Shown here one piece after another: positions 38,743-47,905 of a stretch of 64,000 nucleotides of DNA. The position numbers and the translations under genes were made by a program. The notes beneath the pieces are model-generated. The model was not told the DNA's origin. It ran no database searches and saw only the letters and a list, made by a program, of their open reading frames with translations. Within the stretch, counting starts at the first letter, position 1, and each line of letters begins with the position of its first letter. Source of the DNA: an uncultured Candidatus Rokubacteria bacterium (lineage in GTDB: Bacteria; Methylomirabilota; Methylomirabilia; Rokubacteriales; DASRDR01); the NCBI GenBank assembly GCA_963826115.1, contig CAWGVS010000005.1:512001-576000 (forward strand), given 5' to 3'.

Positions 38743-38777
38743 ATCCGGCCGCGCGCAGGTGTCTCGTCCGACTCCCG

Positions 38778-39410
38778 GTGGCGCTCCCGCTTCCGCTCCG
38801 CAATCGACTCGCCGAGCTGATCCTCGAGGCCTTCGAGCCGGGGGAGGGTCGCGCGACGCTGGTCGCCCTCGCGCGGGTGGCCGGCGCCGGGGAGTCGACG
38901 CTCGACGCCGCGGACGCCCGGCGTCTCCTCGACCTCGGCTGGTTCGACTCGCCGGCGCCGGGGCGCCTCCGATGGAAGCGCGCGTTCCAGGCGGACGCGG
39001 CGGCGGTCAGCGAGCGCGCCTCGCGCGGGGCGGCCGCCGTGCGCGACTGGCGGGATCCCGGCCCGCCCGGCATGGTGCCGCTCCTCGGCCGGGCGGCGGC
39101 GCTCGCGAACCGGGGCCTCTACTTCGAGGTCCACGAGCTCCTGGAGCCGGACTGGTTTCGCGCGGCAGAGCCCGAGCGGACGGCGCTCCAGGGGCTCATC
39201 CAGGTGGCGGTCGGGTTCCACCACCTGGAGAACGGCAATCGCGACGGCGGGCACTCGCTCCTGGCGCTCGGCGTGGCGAAGCTCTCCCAGGCGGGGTCGG
39301 CGCTGCCGCTCGACCTCGCGGGGTGGCTCCCGCGACTCCGCGAGGCCTTGGCCCAGGTGGCGAACGGCGGCAGCCCGCCGACACCGCCGCGCTGGCCGGC
39401 TCCGCCGTGA
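38778..39410 (+). CDS. DUF309 domain-containing protein (start uncertain)
   Basis: YFEVHELLE..W, QGLIQVAVG.HH...GN. Confidence 0.8.
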   Translation: MALPLPLRNRLAELILEAFEPGEGRATLVALARVAGAGESTLDAADARRLLDLGWFDSPAPGRLRWKRAFQADAAAVSERASRGAAAVRDWRDPGPPGMVPLLGRAAALANRGLYFEVHELLEPDWFRAAEPERTALQGLIQVAVGFHHLENGNRDGGHSLLALGVAKLSQAGSALPLDLAGWLPRLREALAQVANGGSPPTPPRWPAPP

Positions 39411-39453
39411 GCGCGGCGCAGGCTCGGGCCGCGCACGGATCCGAGGAGGCTCG

Positions 39454-40407
39454 ATGGCGCTCTTGCTGAACGAGTCCGAGGTCACGATGCTGCTCCCGAT
39501 GACGACGGCGCTCGAGGCCGTCGAGGAGGTGTTCCGCTGGCAGGGGGAGGGGAAGCTGACGAACCGGCCGAGGGTCCGGCTGGGTGTTCCCGGCGGTCTC
39601 CTTCACGTGATGCCGGCCGCGTTGCCCGAGGCGCGCGTCATGGGGCTCAAGGCGTACGCCACGGTCCGCGGCGGCGCCAAGTTCGTCGTGCTCCTCTTCT
39701 CGGTGGAGACGGGCTCGCTCCTGGCGGTCATCGAAGCCGACAAGCTCGGCCAGATGCGGACCGGCGCCGCGTCCGGCGTGGCGACGAGGCACCTCGCGCG
39801 GCCGGACGCGGACCGCGTCGGCTGCTACGGCACCGGCTGGCAGGCGCGTTCCCAGCTCGAAGCCGTGTGCGCGGTCCGGCGCGTGCGCGAGGTCCGCGTC
39901 TACGGGCGCGACCCGGAGCGCCGCGCGCGCTTCGCCGAGGAGATGACCCCGCTCCTCGGCGTGCCGGTGGTGGCCGTGGACCGGCCGGAGTCGGCGGCCC
40001 GCGATGCCTCCATCCTGGTGACGATCACCGGGTCGAAGACGCCGGTCCTCGAGGGACGGTGGATCGCACCGGGCGCCCACGTCAACGCGGCCGGCTCCAA
40101 CGCGCTCCAGCGGGCCGAGCTCGACGTCGAGGCCGTGCGCCGGGCCGGCCTCGTCGTGACCGACTCGCTCGAGCAGGCGCGGGTCGAGTGCGGCGACCTG
40201 GTGGCCGCTCTGGAGCAGGGCGTGATCCGCTGGGAGGACGTGCACGAGCTGGGCGAGGTGGTGGCGGGCCGGCGCCCGGGCCGGGAGAGCGCGGAGCAAA
40301 TCACCCTCTTCGAGTCGCAGGGCGTGGCGATGGAGGACGTCGCCGTCGCGGCGCGGCTCGTGGCCCGGGCGCGCGAGCGTCGCGTGGGCACGGAGATCCC
40401 GATCTGA
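39454..40407 (+). CDS. Ornithine cyclodeaminase / mu-crystallin family protein
   Basis: RTGAASGVA, GTGWQA, HVNAAGS, LFESQG.A.ED. Confidence 0.92.
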   Translation: MALLLNESEVTMLLPMTTALEAVEEVFRWQGEGKLTNRPRVRLGVPGGLLHVMPAALPEARVMGLKAYATVRGGAKFVVLLFSVETGSLLAVIEADKLGQMRTGAASGVATRHLARPDADRVGCYGTGWQARSQLEAVCAVRRVREVRVYGRDPERRARFAEEMTPLLGVPVVAVDRPESAARDASILVTITGSKTPVLEGRWIAPGAHVNAAGSNALQRAELDVEAVRRAGLVVTDSLEQARVECGDLVAALEQGVIRWEDVHELGEVVAGRRPGRESAEQITLFESQGVAMEDVAVAARLVARARERRVGTEIPI

Positions 40408-40409
40408 CC

Positions 40410-41915
40410 ATGACGCAAGGCATGCCGGCGGGCGCGTTCGACGTGGTCGTGGTGGGCGGGGGCAACGCCGCGCTCTGCGCGGCGCTGGCGGCCCGGGAGT
40501 CCGGGGCCCGCGTCCTGGTCCTCGAGAAGGCGCCGCTCCACGAGCGGGGCGGTAACTCCTTCTTCACGGCGGGGGGCTTCCGCTTCACGCACACGGGGCT
40601 CGACGACCTTCGCCGGGATGTCCTCGTCGACGTCACCGACGAGGAGGCGGCGACGATCGACGTGCCGCCCTACACCGGGGGCCAGTTCCGCGACGACCTC
40701 ATGCGGCTGACGGAGGGGCTCAGCGACCCGGACATGGCGGACATCCTGATCGGGCGCTCGCGCTCCACCGTCGTGTGGATGCGGAGCCACGGCGTGCGGT
40801 GGATCCTCATGATGGCGCGACAGTCGTACCACGTGGGCGGCAAGCACCGCTTCTGGGGCGGACTCAACGTCGAGGCGGTCGGAGGCGGGCCGGGGCTGAT
40901 CCAGGCCCTCTACGAGGGTGCGGAGCGGCTCGGCGTCGACGTGCGCTACGGGACGAAGGCGTCGGGGCTGCTCCTGGACGGGCGTGGCGCGATCCGCGGC
41001 GTGGCCTGCCGCGGCGCGGACGGCTTCTTCGACGTGGAGACGCGAGCGGTGGTGCTCGCCTCGGGTGGGTTCGAGGCGAATCCCGAGTGGCGCACTCGCT
41101 ACCTCGGCCCGGGGTGGGAGCTGGCCCACGTTCGCGGCACGCGGCACAACACCGGGGAGGGGATCCGGATGGCGCTCGAGGCCGGCGCCCAGCCCTTCGG
41201 GAACTGGTCGGGCTGCCACGCGGTGGCGTGGGACGCGGGCTCGCCGCCCTTCGGCGATCGCCGGGTCGGCGACATGTTCCAGAAGCACTCGTACCCGCTG
41301 GGGATCATCGTCAACGTGCGGGGCGAGCGCTTCGTGGACGAGGGCGCCGACTTCCGGAACTACACCTACGCGAAGTACGGGCGCGAGATCCTTCGCCAGC
41401 CGCGGCGCCTGGCCTTCCAGATCTTCGACCAGAAGGTCGTGCCGATCCTGCGGGAGGAGTACCGCATTCGCGAGGTGACCAAGGGCGAGGCCGACACCGT
41501 CGAGGAGCTCGCGCGGCAGCTCGACATCGACGCGCCGGGCCTCGCCCGCACGGTGGCCGAGTTCAACGCGGCGGTGACCTCCGGCGCGTTCAACCCCGCG
41601 GTGCTCGACGGCAAGGGGACGCGCGGCATCGCGCCGCCCAAGTCCAACTGGGCCCAGGCCCTCGACGCGCCGCCGTTCGTGGGGTTCGCGGTCACCTGCG
41701 GCATCACCTTCACCTTCGGCGGTGTCCGCGTGACCCCGCGCGGCGAGGTCCTCGACACCGAGGACCGGGTGATGCCCGGCCTCTTCGCCGCCGGCGAGCT
41801 GGTCGGCGGACTCTTCTACGAGAACTACCCCGGGGGCACCGGGCTCATGGCCGGCGCGGCCTTCGGCCGGCTCGCCGGCGTGGAGGCCGGGGCGTACGTC
41901 GCGCGGGCCCGCTGA
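40410..41915 (+). CDS. tcuA: FAD-dependent tricarballylate dehydrogenase TcuA-like flavoprotein
   Basis: VVGGGNAALCAA, GGNS.FT.G, GGFEAN, RFVDEG, GITFTFGG, NYPGGTGL. Confidence 0.85.
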   Translation: MTQGMPAGAFDVVVVGGGNAALCAALAARESGARVLVLEKAPLHERGGNSFFTAGGFRFTHTGLDDLRRDVLVDVTDEEAATIDVPPYTGGQFRDDLMRLTEGLSDPDMADILIGRSRSTVVWMRSHGVRWILMMARQSYHVGGKHRFWGGLNVEAVGGGPGLIQALYEGAERLGVDVRYGTKASGLLLDGRGAIRGVACRGADGFFDVETRAVVLASGGFEANPEWRTRYLGPGWELAHVRGTRHNTGEGIRMALEAGAQPFGNWSGCHAVAWDAGSPPFGDRRVGDMFQKHSYPLGIIVNVRGERFVDEGADFRNYTYAKYGREILRQPRRLAFQIFDQKVVPILREEYRIREVTKGEADTVEELARQLDIDAPGLARTVAEFNAAVTSGAFNPAVLDGKGTRGIAPPKSNWAQALDAPPFVGFAVTCGITFTFGGVRVTPRGEVLDTEDRVMPGLFAAGELVGGLFYENYPGGTGLMAGAAFGRLAGVEAGAYVARAR

Positions 41916-41937
41916 AGGCCCGGCAAGGAGGACGATC

Positions 41938-42729
41938 GTGGAGCTCGGCATCGCAGGGCGCATCGCGCTGGTCACGGGGGGATCGAAGGGCATCGGCCGC
42001 GCGGTGGCCGTCACGCTCGCGGCCGAGGGCTGCCGGGTCGCGATCGCCGCGCGCGGCGCGGAGGCGCTCGAGGAGGCGGCGGCGCACGTCGGCGCGAAGG
42101 GCGCGGAGGTGCTGGCCGTGCCGGCGGACCTCGCCGAGCCCGACGCGCCCCACCGGGTCGTCGAGGCCGTGGTCGCGCGATTCGGCCGGCTCGACATCCT
42201 CGTGAACAACGCGGGAGCGATCCGGGGCGGGGATTTCCTGACGACGCCGGCGGAGCAGTGGGCGGACGACTGGCGCCTGAAGATCCTCGGCTACGTGCGG
42301 ATGTCCCAGGCCGCCATCCCGGCCATGCGGCCGGGGCGATGGGGCCGCATCGTCAACGTCATTGGCGCCGCGGCCCGAAACCCGGCCACGACCTACATGG
42401 CGGGCGGCATCGCCAACGCCGGGCTGATCAACTTCACCCGCGCGCTCGCCGACCTGGGCGCCCCGGACGGGATCCTCGTGAACGCCGTGAGCCCCGGCCC
42501 GACCGCGACCGAGCGCTGGGACCGCCTGGCCGCGCAGCAGGCCAGGGCCCTCGGCAAGACCGTGGACGCCTATCGCGACGAGGAGGCGCGGAAGCAGCCG
42601 CTGGGCCGCGTCGGGCGGCCCGAGGACGTCGCGGACGTGGTGGCGTTCCTCGCCTCCGAGCGCGCGGGGTTCGTCACGGGCGCCTCGATCACGGTGGACG
42701 GCGGCGCGAGCCGTGGCGTCTACCTCTGA
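41938..42729 (+). CDS. SDR family oxidoreductase (atypical, YxxxK not canonical)
   Basis: TGGSKGIG, NNAG, VN.VSPG, VDGG. Confidence 0.9.
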   Translation: MELGIAGRIALVTGGSKGIGRAVAVTLAAEGCRVAIAARGAEALEEAAAHVGAKGAEVLAVPADLAEPDAPHRVVEAVVARFGRLDILVNNAGAIRGGDFLTTPAEQWADDWRLKILGYVRMSQAAIPAMRPGRWGRIVNVIGAAARNPATTYMAGGIANAGLINFTRALADLGAPDGILVNAVSPGPTATERWDRLAAQQARALGKTVDAYRDEEARKQPLGRVGRPEDVADVVAFLASERAGFVTGASITVDGGASRGVYL

Positions 42730-42772
42730 GGTTTGACCGGCCCTAACTCGCACGCCCGTCGGGGGAATCCGC

Positions 42773-42802
42773 TTGACACCGGTCCCGGCGCCCGAGTACG
42801 TT
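42773..42802 (+). promoter_or_regulatory. sigma-70 promoter of the RRM gene
   Basis: TTGACA-18 bp-TACGTT. Confidence 0.6.
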
Positions 42803-42855
42803 CGTCGCACTCCAGCGGGGCTCTTCTTGAGTGACGTTCGGTTCGTCCGCCACCC

Positions 42856-42893
42856 GCCCTTGGAGAGGCGCGCCTCTCCGAGGGCTTTGTTGT
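42856..42893 (+). terminator. Intrinsic terminator-like hairpin inside the RRM gene leader (attenuator candidate)
   Basis: GCCCTTGGAGAGGCGCGCCTCTCCGAGGGC followed by TTTGTTGT, 25 nt before the ATG. Confidence 0.65.
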
Positions 42894-42918
42894 CTCTCCC
42901 CGAGGCCGGAGGTGACCG

Positions 42919-43260
42919 ATGTCCGCGAAGCTCTTCGTTGGAAACCTGTCCTACCAGGCCACGGAGGAGGACCTTCGGGAGCTCTTCCAGCAGGCCGGAA
43001 CCGTCCAGTCGGTTCGCATCGTGACCGACCAGTTCACCGGTCGGCCGCGGGGCTTCGGCTTCGTGGAGATGTCGACGCCCGAGGAGGCCACGCGCGCGGT
43101 GGACCAGCTGAACGGCCGGGTGTTCCGCGATCGGAACCTCGTCGTCGACCAGGCGCGCTCCCAGGCGGGAGGCGGAGGCGGTGGCCGACCGCCGGGGCGC
43201 GGACCTCGTGACGATCGGCGCGGGCCGGGCGGGGGCGGAGGCCGGAGCTTCAACCGCTAG
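42919..43260 (+). CDS. RRM RNA-binding protein with Gly/Arg-rich tail
   Basis: RNP2 LFVGNL, RNP1 RGFGFVEM; GGAGG RBS. Confidence 0.95.
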   Translation: MSAKLFVGNLSYQATEEDLRELFQQAGTVQSVRIVTDQFTGRPRGFGFVEMSTPEEATRAVDQLNGRVFRDRNLVVDQARSQAGGGGGGRPPGRGPRDDRRGPGGGGGRSFNR

Positions 43261-43350
43261 CCGAGCCTCGCCGGGCGGCGTCCCCGTCACGTCGGGCGGT
43301 CCATGCTCCGGCCCGCCCCTCCAGCTCCCCTCCACTATCTATGTCCGTGC

Positions 43351-43379
43351 TTGCCGCAGGATATCAACACCCGTATAGT
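43351..43379 (+). promoter_or_regulatory. sigma-70 promoter of the radical SAM gene (leaderless)
   Basis: TTGCCG-17 bp-TATAGT, ATG 7 nt downstream. Confidence 0.65.
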
Positions 43380-43386
43380 GCACGCC

Positions 43387-44313
43387 ATGGCCACCCGGTA
43401 CGTCGAGACGTGCGCGAAGAGCGTCCTCAACGCCGTGCAGGGCATGGCGTTCCGTTGGAGCGCGAATCCCTACCGGGGGTGCGTCCATGGCTGCCACTAC
43501 TGCTTCGCGCGGCGCTACCACGCGTACCTCGAACTCGGGACCGGTGACGACTTCAGCGGGGTGATCGTCGTGAAGGTCAACGCGCCGGAGATCCTGCGTC
43601 GGGAGCTCTCGCGACCAGGCTGGCGGCGGGAGACGGTCGCGCTCGGGACGGCGACCGATCCCTACCAGCCGATCGAGGGCCGCTACCGCCTGACGCGAGG
43701 GATGCTCGAGGCGCTCGCCGACGCGCGGACGCCCGTGAGCGTGGTGACGAAGGGGCCGATGGTGATCCGGGACCGTGACGTCCTGACGGGCGTCCGCGAT
43801 CGCGCCGGCGTCTCGGTTTGCGTGAGCCTCACCACGCTCGACCCGGACCGCTGGCGCCGGCTCGAGCCCGGCACCGCGCCTCCCCGCCAGCGGCTGCGGG
43901 CCGTGGCCGCGCTCGCCGCCGCGGGAATTCCCGTCGGCGTGCTGCTCGCCCCCATCGTGCCGGGCCTGACGACCGACCGCGCGAACCTCGAGGCCGTCGT
44001 TCGCGGCGCGGCGGAGCACGGCGCGAGCTTCCTCGGCACCGGCGTGCTCCATCTCGAGCCCGGAGTGCGCGAGCACTTCGACGGCTTCCTCTCCGCCGAC
44101 TCGCCGGACCTCGCGCCACTCTACCGTCGCCTCTACCGCGGCGGGACGCGCGCGCCGGCCGGCGTCGAGCGGAGCCTCGTCACCGCGGTGGACGAGCTCC
44201 GCCGCCGCCACGGCCTGGCGGAGCGCCCGGTCGCGCCGAAGGCGGCGCCCATGCCGGCGGTGGCGCACGAGCGCGCTTGCTCGGTCGACGCCCAGACGAG
44301 CCTCGAGCTCTGA
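43387..44313 (+). CDS. Radical SAM protein, SplB-like/Rv2578c family (putative DNA repair)
   Basis: NPYRGCVHGCHYCFAR (CxxxCxxC), TDPYQP.E, TK, LEPG. Confidence 0.9.
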   Translation: MATRYVETCAKSVLNAVQGMAFRWSANPYRGCVHGCHYCFARRYHAYLELGTGDDFSGVIVVKVNAPEILRRELSRPGWRRETVALGTATDPYQPIEGRYRLTRGMLEALADARTPVSVVTKGPMVIRDRDVLTGVRDRAGVSVCVSLTTLDPDRWRRLEPGTAPPRQRLRAVAALAAAGIPVGVLLAPIVPGLTTDRANLEAVVRGAAEHGASFLGTGVLHLEPGVREHFDGFLSADSPDLAPLYRRLYRGGTRAPAGVERSLVTAVDELRRRHGLAERPVAPKAAPMPAVAHERACSVDAQTSLEL

Positions 44314-44382
44314 GCGTCGGCCGGCCGGACGCGCGCCGATGGACGCTCATCGCGCGCGCCGCCGCCGGATCGCTGCGCGGAG

Positions 44383-44411
44383 TTGACACGCGAACACGCG
44401 CGATCTAGAGT
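44383..44411 (+). promoter_or_regulatory. Near-consensus sigma-70 promoter
   Basis: TTGACA-17 bp-TAGAGT. Confidence 0.7.
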
Positions 44412-44511
44412 CGCCGCGTGGTGGACGTCTCCGACGCGCGGATCCATTCCGCGTCACGCCGACACATAGCTCCGCTCCGCCGGACCGACCGTCACGGGCC
44501 AGCGGGTCCGT

Positions 44512-45282
44512 GTGCGGGCGGTCGCGGCTAGCGTCGCGAGCACGACCGTGGCCGGCGGCGGACGGGCGCTGTCGAAGGACGAGGCTCGCGCCCGCGTCTG
44601 GCGCGAGATGGAGATCCGCGGCGTCGGCCGCTTCCCGGGCGCGGCGGGACGGATCCCGAACTTCGCCGGGGCCGAGCGAGCCGCGCTCCATCTCCAGGGG
44701 CTGCGCGCCTGGCGCGAGGCTCGCGCGGTCAAGATCAATCCGGACGCGCCGCAGCTTCCGGTCCGGCGCATGGCGCTCCGGGAGGGCAAGGTCGTCTACA
44801 TGGCGGTGCCTCGCCTGCGGAGCCTCGAGTGCTTCCTCGAGCTCGACCCGGCCCGGCTCGGCAAGCGCGCGCTCCAGGCGGCATCGATCCGCGGCGCCGA
44901 GCGGCTCGGCCGTCCCGTCGGCATCGAGGCCCTGCCGCGCATCGACCTGATCGTGTGCGGCGCGGTCGCGGTGAACGCGCGTGGCGCCCGGGTGGGGAAG
45001 GGCGGGGGGTTCTCGGACCTCGAGTACGGCCTGCTCGTCGAGGTTGGCCGGGCGGGCTCCGGGACGCCGATCGTGACGACCGTCCACCCGCTGCAGGTTC
45101 TGCCGGAGGCGATCGAGATGCGGCCCCACGACATCGCGGTCGACGTGATCGTGACGCCGGACGGGGTGATCGCGGTCCGGCCCGAGTTCCTGCGGCCGCG
45201 CGGGCTCTACCGCGAGGCGCTCGGACCGGACAAGATCGCCGAGGTGCCGGTCATCGAGCGCGTGCTGCGACAGGGAGCGTAG
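44512..45282 (+). CDS. 5-formyltetrahydrofolate cyclo-ligase-like protein (MTHFSD-type subfamily; start may be GTG at 44548)
   Basis: RIPNF.GA, K.NPD.PQ, R.GKGGGFSDLEY, TTVHP.Q, HD..VD.IVTP. Confidence 0.88.
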   Translation: MRAVAASVASTTVAGGGRALSKDEARARVWREMEIRGVGRFPGAAGRIPNFAGAERAALHLQGLRAWREARAVKINPDAPQLPVRRMALREGKVVYMAVPRLRSLECFLELDPARLGKRALQAASIRGAERLGRPVGIEALPRIDLIVCGAVAVNARGARVGKGGGFSDLEYGLLVEVGRAGSGTPIVTTVHPLQVLPEAIEMRPHDIAVDVIVTPDGVIAVRPEFLRPRGLYREALGPDKIAEVPVIERVLRQGA

Positions 45283-45287
45283 GCGGC

Positions 45288-46220
45288 GTGGACGCCCCCA
45301 TCGGTCTGGTCCACGGTCTCCTGCCGGTCACGGCGCACGTGAGCGCGCGCGTCGCGGCGGCCCACCCGTCGGCGCGGATCCTGGGGACCGAGCGGATGGG
45401 CTCGGCGGTGGTCGTCGACCCGGGTGGCCTCCTCCTGACCGTCAACTACGTGGTGATGGGGGCCCGGCGGGTCCGCGTCACGATGACCGACGGGCGCCGG
45501 CTCGACGCGAAGATCGCGGCGCAGGACTTCGAGAGTGGGCTGGCTCTCCTGAAAGTCTCCGCCACCGGGCTCCCCGCGGCGCGGCTCGCGTCGTCGGAGG
45601 ACGTGGCGCTCGGCGCGTCGGTGTTCGTGATCGCGGCGACCGGGCCCACGGACCGGCGGGTCGCGGGCGGCATCGTCACCGACCTCGGCGAGTTCGAGGC
45701 GTACTGGGAGTACCTGCTCGACCGCGGGATCGTGTCGAGCGCCGGCAACCCGGGGTTCGGCGGCGGCCCGCTCTTCGACGTGCGGGGCTCGGTCGTCGGC
45801 ATCGCGTCCCTCAACCTCGAGGGCATCGGGCGGGAGTCCCTGTCGATCCCCGTGGAGTACTTCACGCGTCACTGGTCGGAGCTCCTGCGCTACGGGCGCG
45901 TCGCCAGCCGCCGCCGCCGTGCGTGGATCGGCCTGTTCCCGCACGCGCTCGACGAGCGCCTGATCGTGGCCGGGCTGGTGCCGGACGGCCCGGGCGAGCG
46001 GGGGGGCCTCCAGGACGGGGACGTGATCCTGCGCGTCGACGAGCAGGAGGTGTCGAGCCGCCGCGATCTCTACGCGGCCCTCTGGCGCCACGAGCCGGGC
46101 GAGCGCGTCCTGTTCGACGTGATGCGCGAGGAGCGCCAGCACCGCGTCGAGGTGGTGGCGCAGGACCGGTCCGACTTCTACGCGCTCGAGCGGCGGGGCT
46201 CGGGCGATACCCCCGCCTAG
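45288..46220 (+). CDS. HtrA/S1C trypsin-like plus PDZ protein lacking the catalytic triad
   Basis: GSAVVV..G.LLTVNYVV, NPGFGGGPL, C-terminal PDZ (GL..GDVIL.VD); no signal peptide. Confidence 0.82.
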   Translation: MDAPIGLVHGLLPVTAHVSARVAAAHPSARILGTERMGSAVVVDPGGLLLTVNYVVMGARRVRVTMTDGRRLDAKIAAQDFESGLALLKVSATGLPAARLASSEDVALGASVFVIAATGPTDRRVAGGIVTDLGEFEAYWEYLLDRGIVSSAGNPGFGGGPLFDVRGSVVGIASLNLEGIGRESLSIPVEYFTRHWSELLRYGRVASRRRRAWIGLFPHALDERLIVAGLVPDGPGERGGLQDGDVILRVDEQEVSSRRDLYAALWRHEPGERVLFDVMREERQHRVEVVAQDRSDFYALERRGSGDTPA

Positions 46221-46386
46221 TCTCCGGCGTCCTCGCCGGCCGTCCGCCCTCGGACACTGGACGCGACGCTCGGCGCGCTTCTTGACAGCGCCGTCCAGCC
46301 TGCTACTGGAAGTAGTGAAGGCCGGCGAGCGGCCCACGGACGCGAAGGGCGTTCGGATTCACTACAAACGTTGGAGGAGACGATTC

Positions 46387-46884
46387 ATGTTTGAGCTGAC
46401 GCGACGGTCCCCGTTCGGGTCCATGTTTCACGTTCATCGGGAGCTCGACGATCTGCTGTCCCGCTTCCTGGGGCAGGATGCCCCGGCCCCCTATCGCGGC
46501 GAGGCGGAGCCCGTCACCTGGTGGCCGGCGGTGGAGAGCTACGCCAAGGACGGCAATCTCCACGTGCGCGTGGCGCTGTCGGGCGTCGATCCGAAGGACG
46601 TGGAGGTGACGGTGGCGGACGACTACCTGACCATCCGCGGCGAGCGCAAGGCGAAGGCCGAGGACCGCGAGGGCGGCCGGTACGTGCGCGAGTTCGCGTA
46701 CGGCTCGTTCGAGCGCACCTTGGCGCTGCCCGAGGGCATCGACGCGGGCCTGGTGAAGGCGACGTTCGCCAACGGCATGCTGGACCTCTCGATCCCCGCG
46801 CCGGTGGCGGTGGTCCCGAAGAAGGTGGAGATCCAGGTGGAGAACGGCGCCGCCGGCGAGGCGAAGTCGATCAAGGCCGCCTGA
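46387..46884 (+). CDS. Hsp20/alpha-crystallin small heat-shock protein
   Basis: GVDPKDVEV, LTIRGER, YGSFERT..LP, A.F.NG.L; GGAGGAG RBS. Confidence 0.94.
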   Translation: MFELTRRSPFGSMFHVHRELDDLLSRFLGQDAPAPYRGEAEPVTWWPAVESYAKDGNLHVRVALSGVDPKDVEVTVADDYLTIRGERKAKAEDREGGRYVREFAYGSFERTLALPEGIDAGLVKATFANGMLDLSIPAPVAVVPKKVEIQVENGAAGEAKSIKAA

Positions 46885-46927
46885 CGCCCACTCGTCACCC
46901 GCGCCGGGTGCCCCCGTCCCGGCGTGA

Positions 46928-46958
46928 CACGGCCCCCGGGGATCCCCCGGGGGCCGTG
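46928..46958. terminator. 14-bp GC hairpin after hsp20
   Basis: CACGGCCCCCGGGG-ATC-CCCCGGGGGCCGTG; no U-tract. Confidence 0.5.
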
Positions 46959-47005
46959 CTGCGTTCGGCCCCGGAGGCCGCGGCGCCTTTGCTATAGTTG
47001 GGCCC

Positions 47006-47842
47006 ATGTGGCCGCGGCTTTCACCCGTCACCGGCGCGGCCGTCCTCCTCCTCTTCGCCCTTGCCGCGCCTGCGGCGGGGGACGACGAGATCCTCCTGAT
47101 CGACACGCACCTCCACTACAGCTCGAACAGCTGGCAGGACTACGCGCCCGGGGCGCTCCTGCTCCTCATGGATCAGAGTGGCGTCCGGCGGGCATTCGTC
47201 TCGAGCACTCCCGACGACGGCACGGTGCGCCTCTACGAGGCCGCGCCCGACCGGATCGTTCCCGTGCTCCGGCCCTACCGCCAGCCGGGCGAGCTTTCGA
47301 GCTGGCACCAGGACCCGACCGTGGTGCCATACCTCGAGCAGCGGCTCGCGCGCGGCATCCACCGCGGGATCGGCGAGTTCCACCTGTATGGCGCCGAGGC
47401 GCGGTCCCCGGTCGTGCGCCAGGTGGCGGAGCTGGCGGCGCGCCACCGCCTCTTCCTCCACTGCCACTGCGACGCCGAGGCGGTGGAGATCCTGGTCGGC
47501 CTGGTGCCCGGCGTCCCCGTCCTCTGGGCGCACGCGGGCATGAGCTCGGGCGCCGTCGAAGTGGGACGCCTCGTCGGCGTGTCGGCCGACCTCCGCGTGG
47601 AGCTGGCGCTCCGGTCGGACGTGGCGCCGGGCGGCCGGCTCGACCCGGCGTGGCGCGACCTGTTCGTCCGGCACGCCGACCGCTTCATGGTGGGCACCGA
47701 CACCTGGGTCTCGTCGCGCTGGGCCAGCTACGTCGACGTCCAGAACGACACGCGCGTCTGGCTGCGCCAGCTCCCGCCCGACGTCGCGCGTCGCCTGGCT
47801 ACCGAGAACGCCGAGACGCTGCTCGCGCGTCCGGCCCCCTGA
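47006..47842 (+). CDS. Exported amidohydrolase family (TIM-barrel metallo-hydrolase)
   Basis: Signal peptide; IDTHLHY, GIGEFH, HCH, WAHAG, RFMVGTD. Confidence 0.85.
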   Translation: MWPRLSPVTGAAVLLLFALAAPAAGDDEILLIDTHLHYSSNSWQDYAPGALLLLMDQSGVRRAFVSSTPDDGTVRLYEAAPDRIVPVLRPYRQPGELSSWHQDPTVVPYLEQRLARGIHRGIGEFHLYGAEARSPVVRQVAELAARHRLFLHCHCDAEAVEILVGLVPGVPVLWAHAGMSSGAVEVGRLVGVSADLRVELALRSDVAPGGRLDPAWRDLFVRHADRFMVGTDTWVSSRWASYVDVQNDTRVWLRQLPPDVARRLATENAETLLARPAP

Positions 47843-47905
47843 GCGCCGCCGGCAGGCCGTCCGGACCATGACCCACGACCACCCCCTGGGGGAGAGCGAC
47901 GACCC

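Noticed and set aside
46282-46386. CIRCE element, and TTG at 46282 as the hsp20 start
   Set aside because: No TTAGCACTC-N9-GAGTGCTAA; the TTG is part of the TTGACA -35 and a strong RBS precedes ATG 46387
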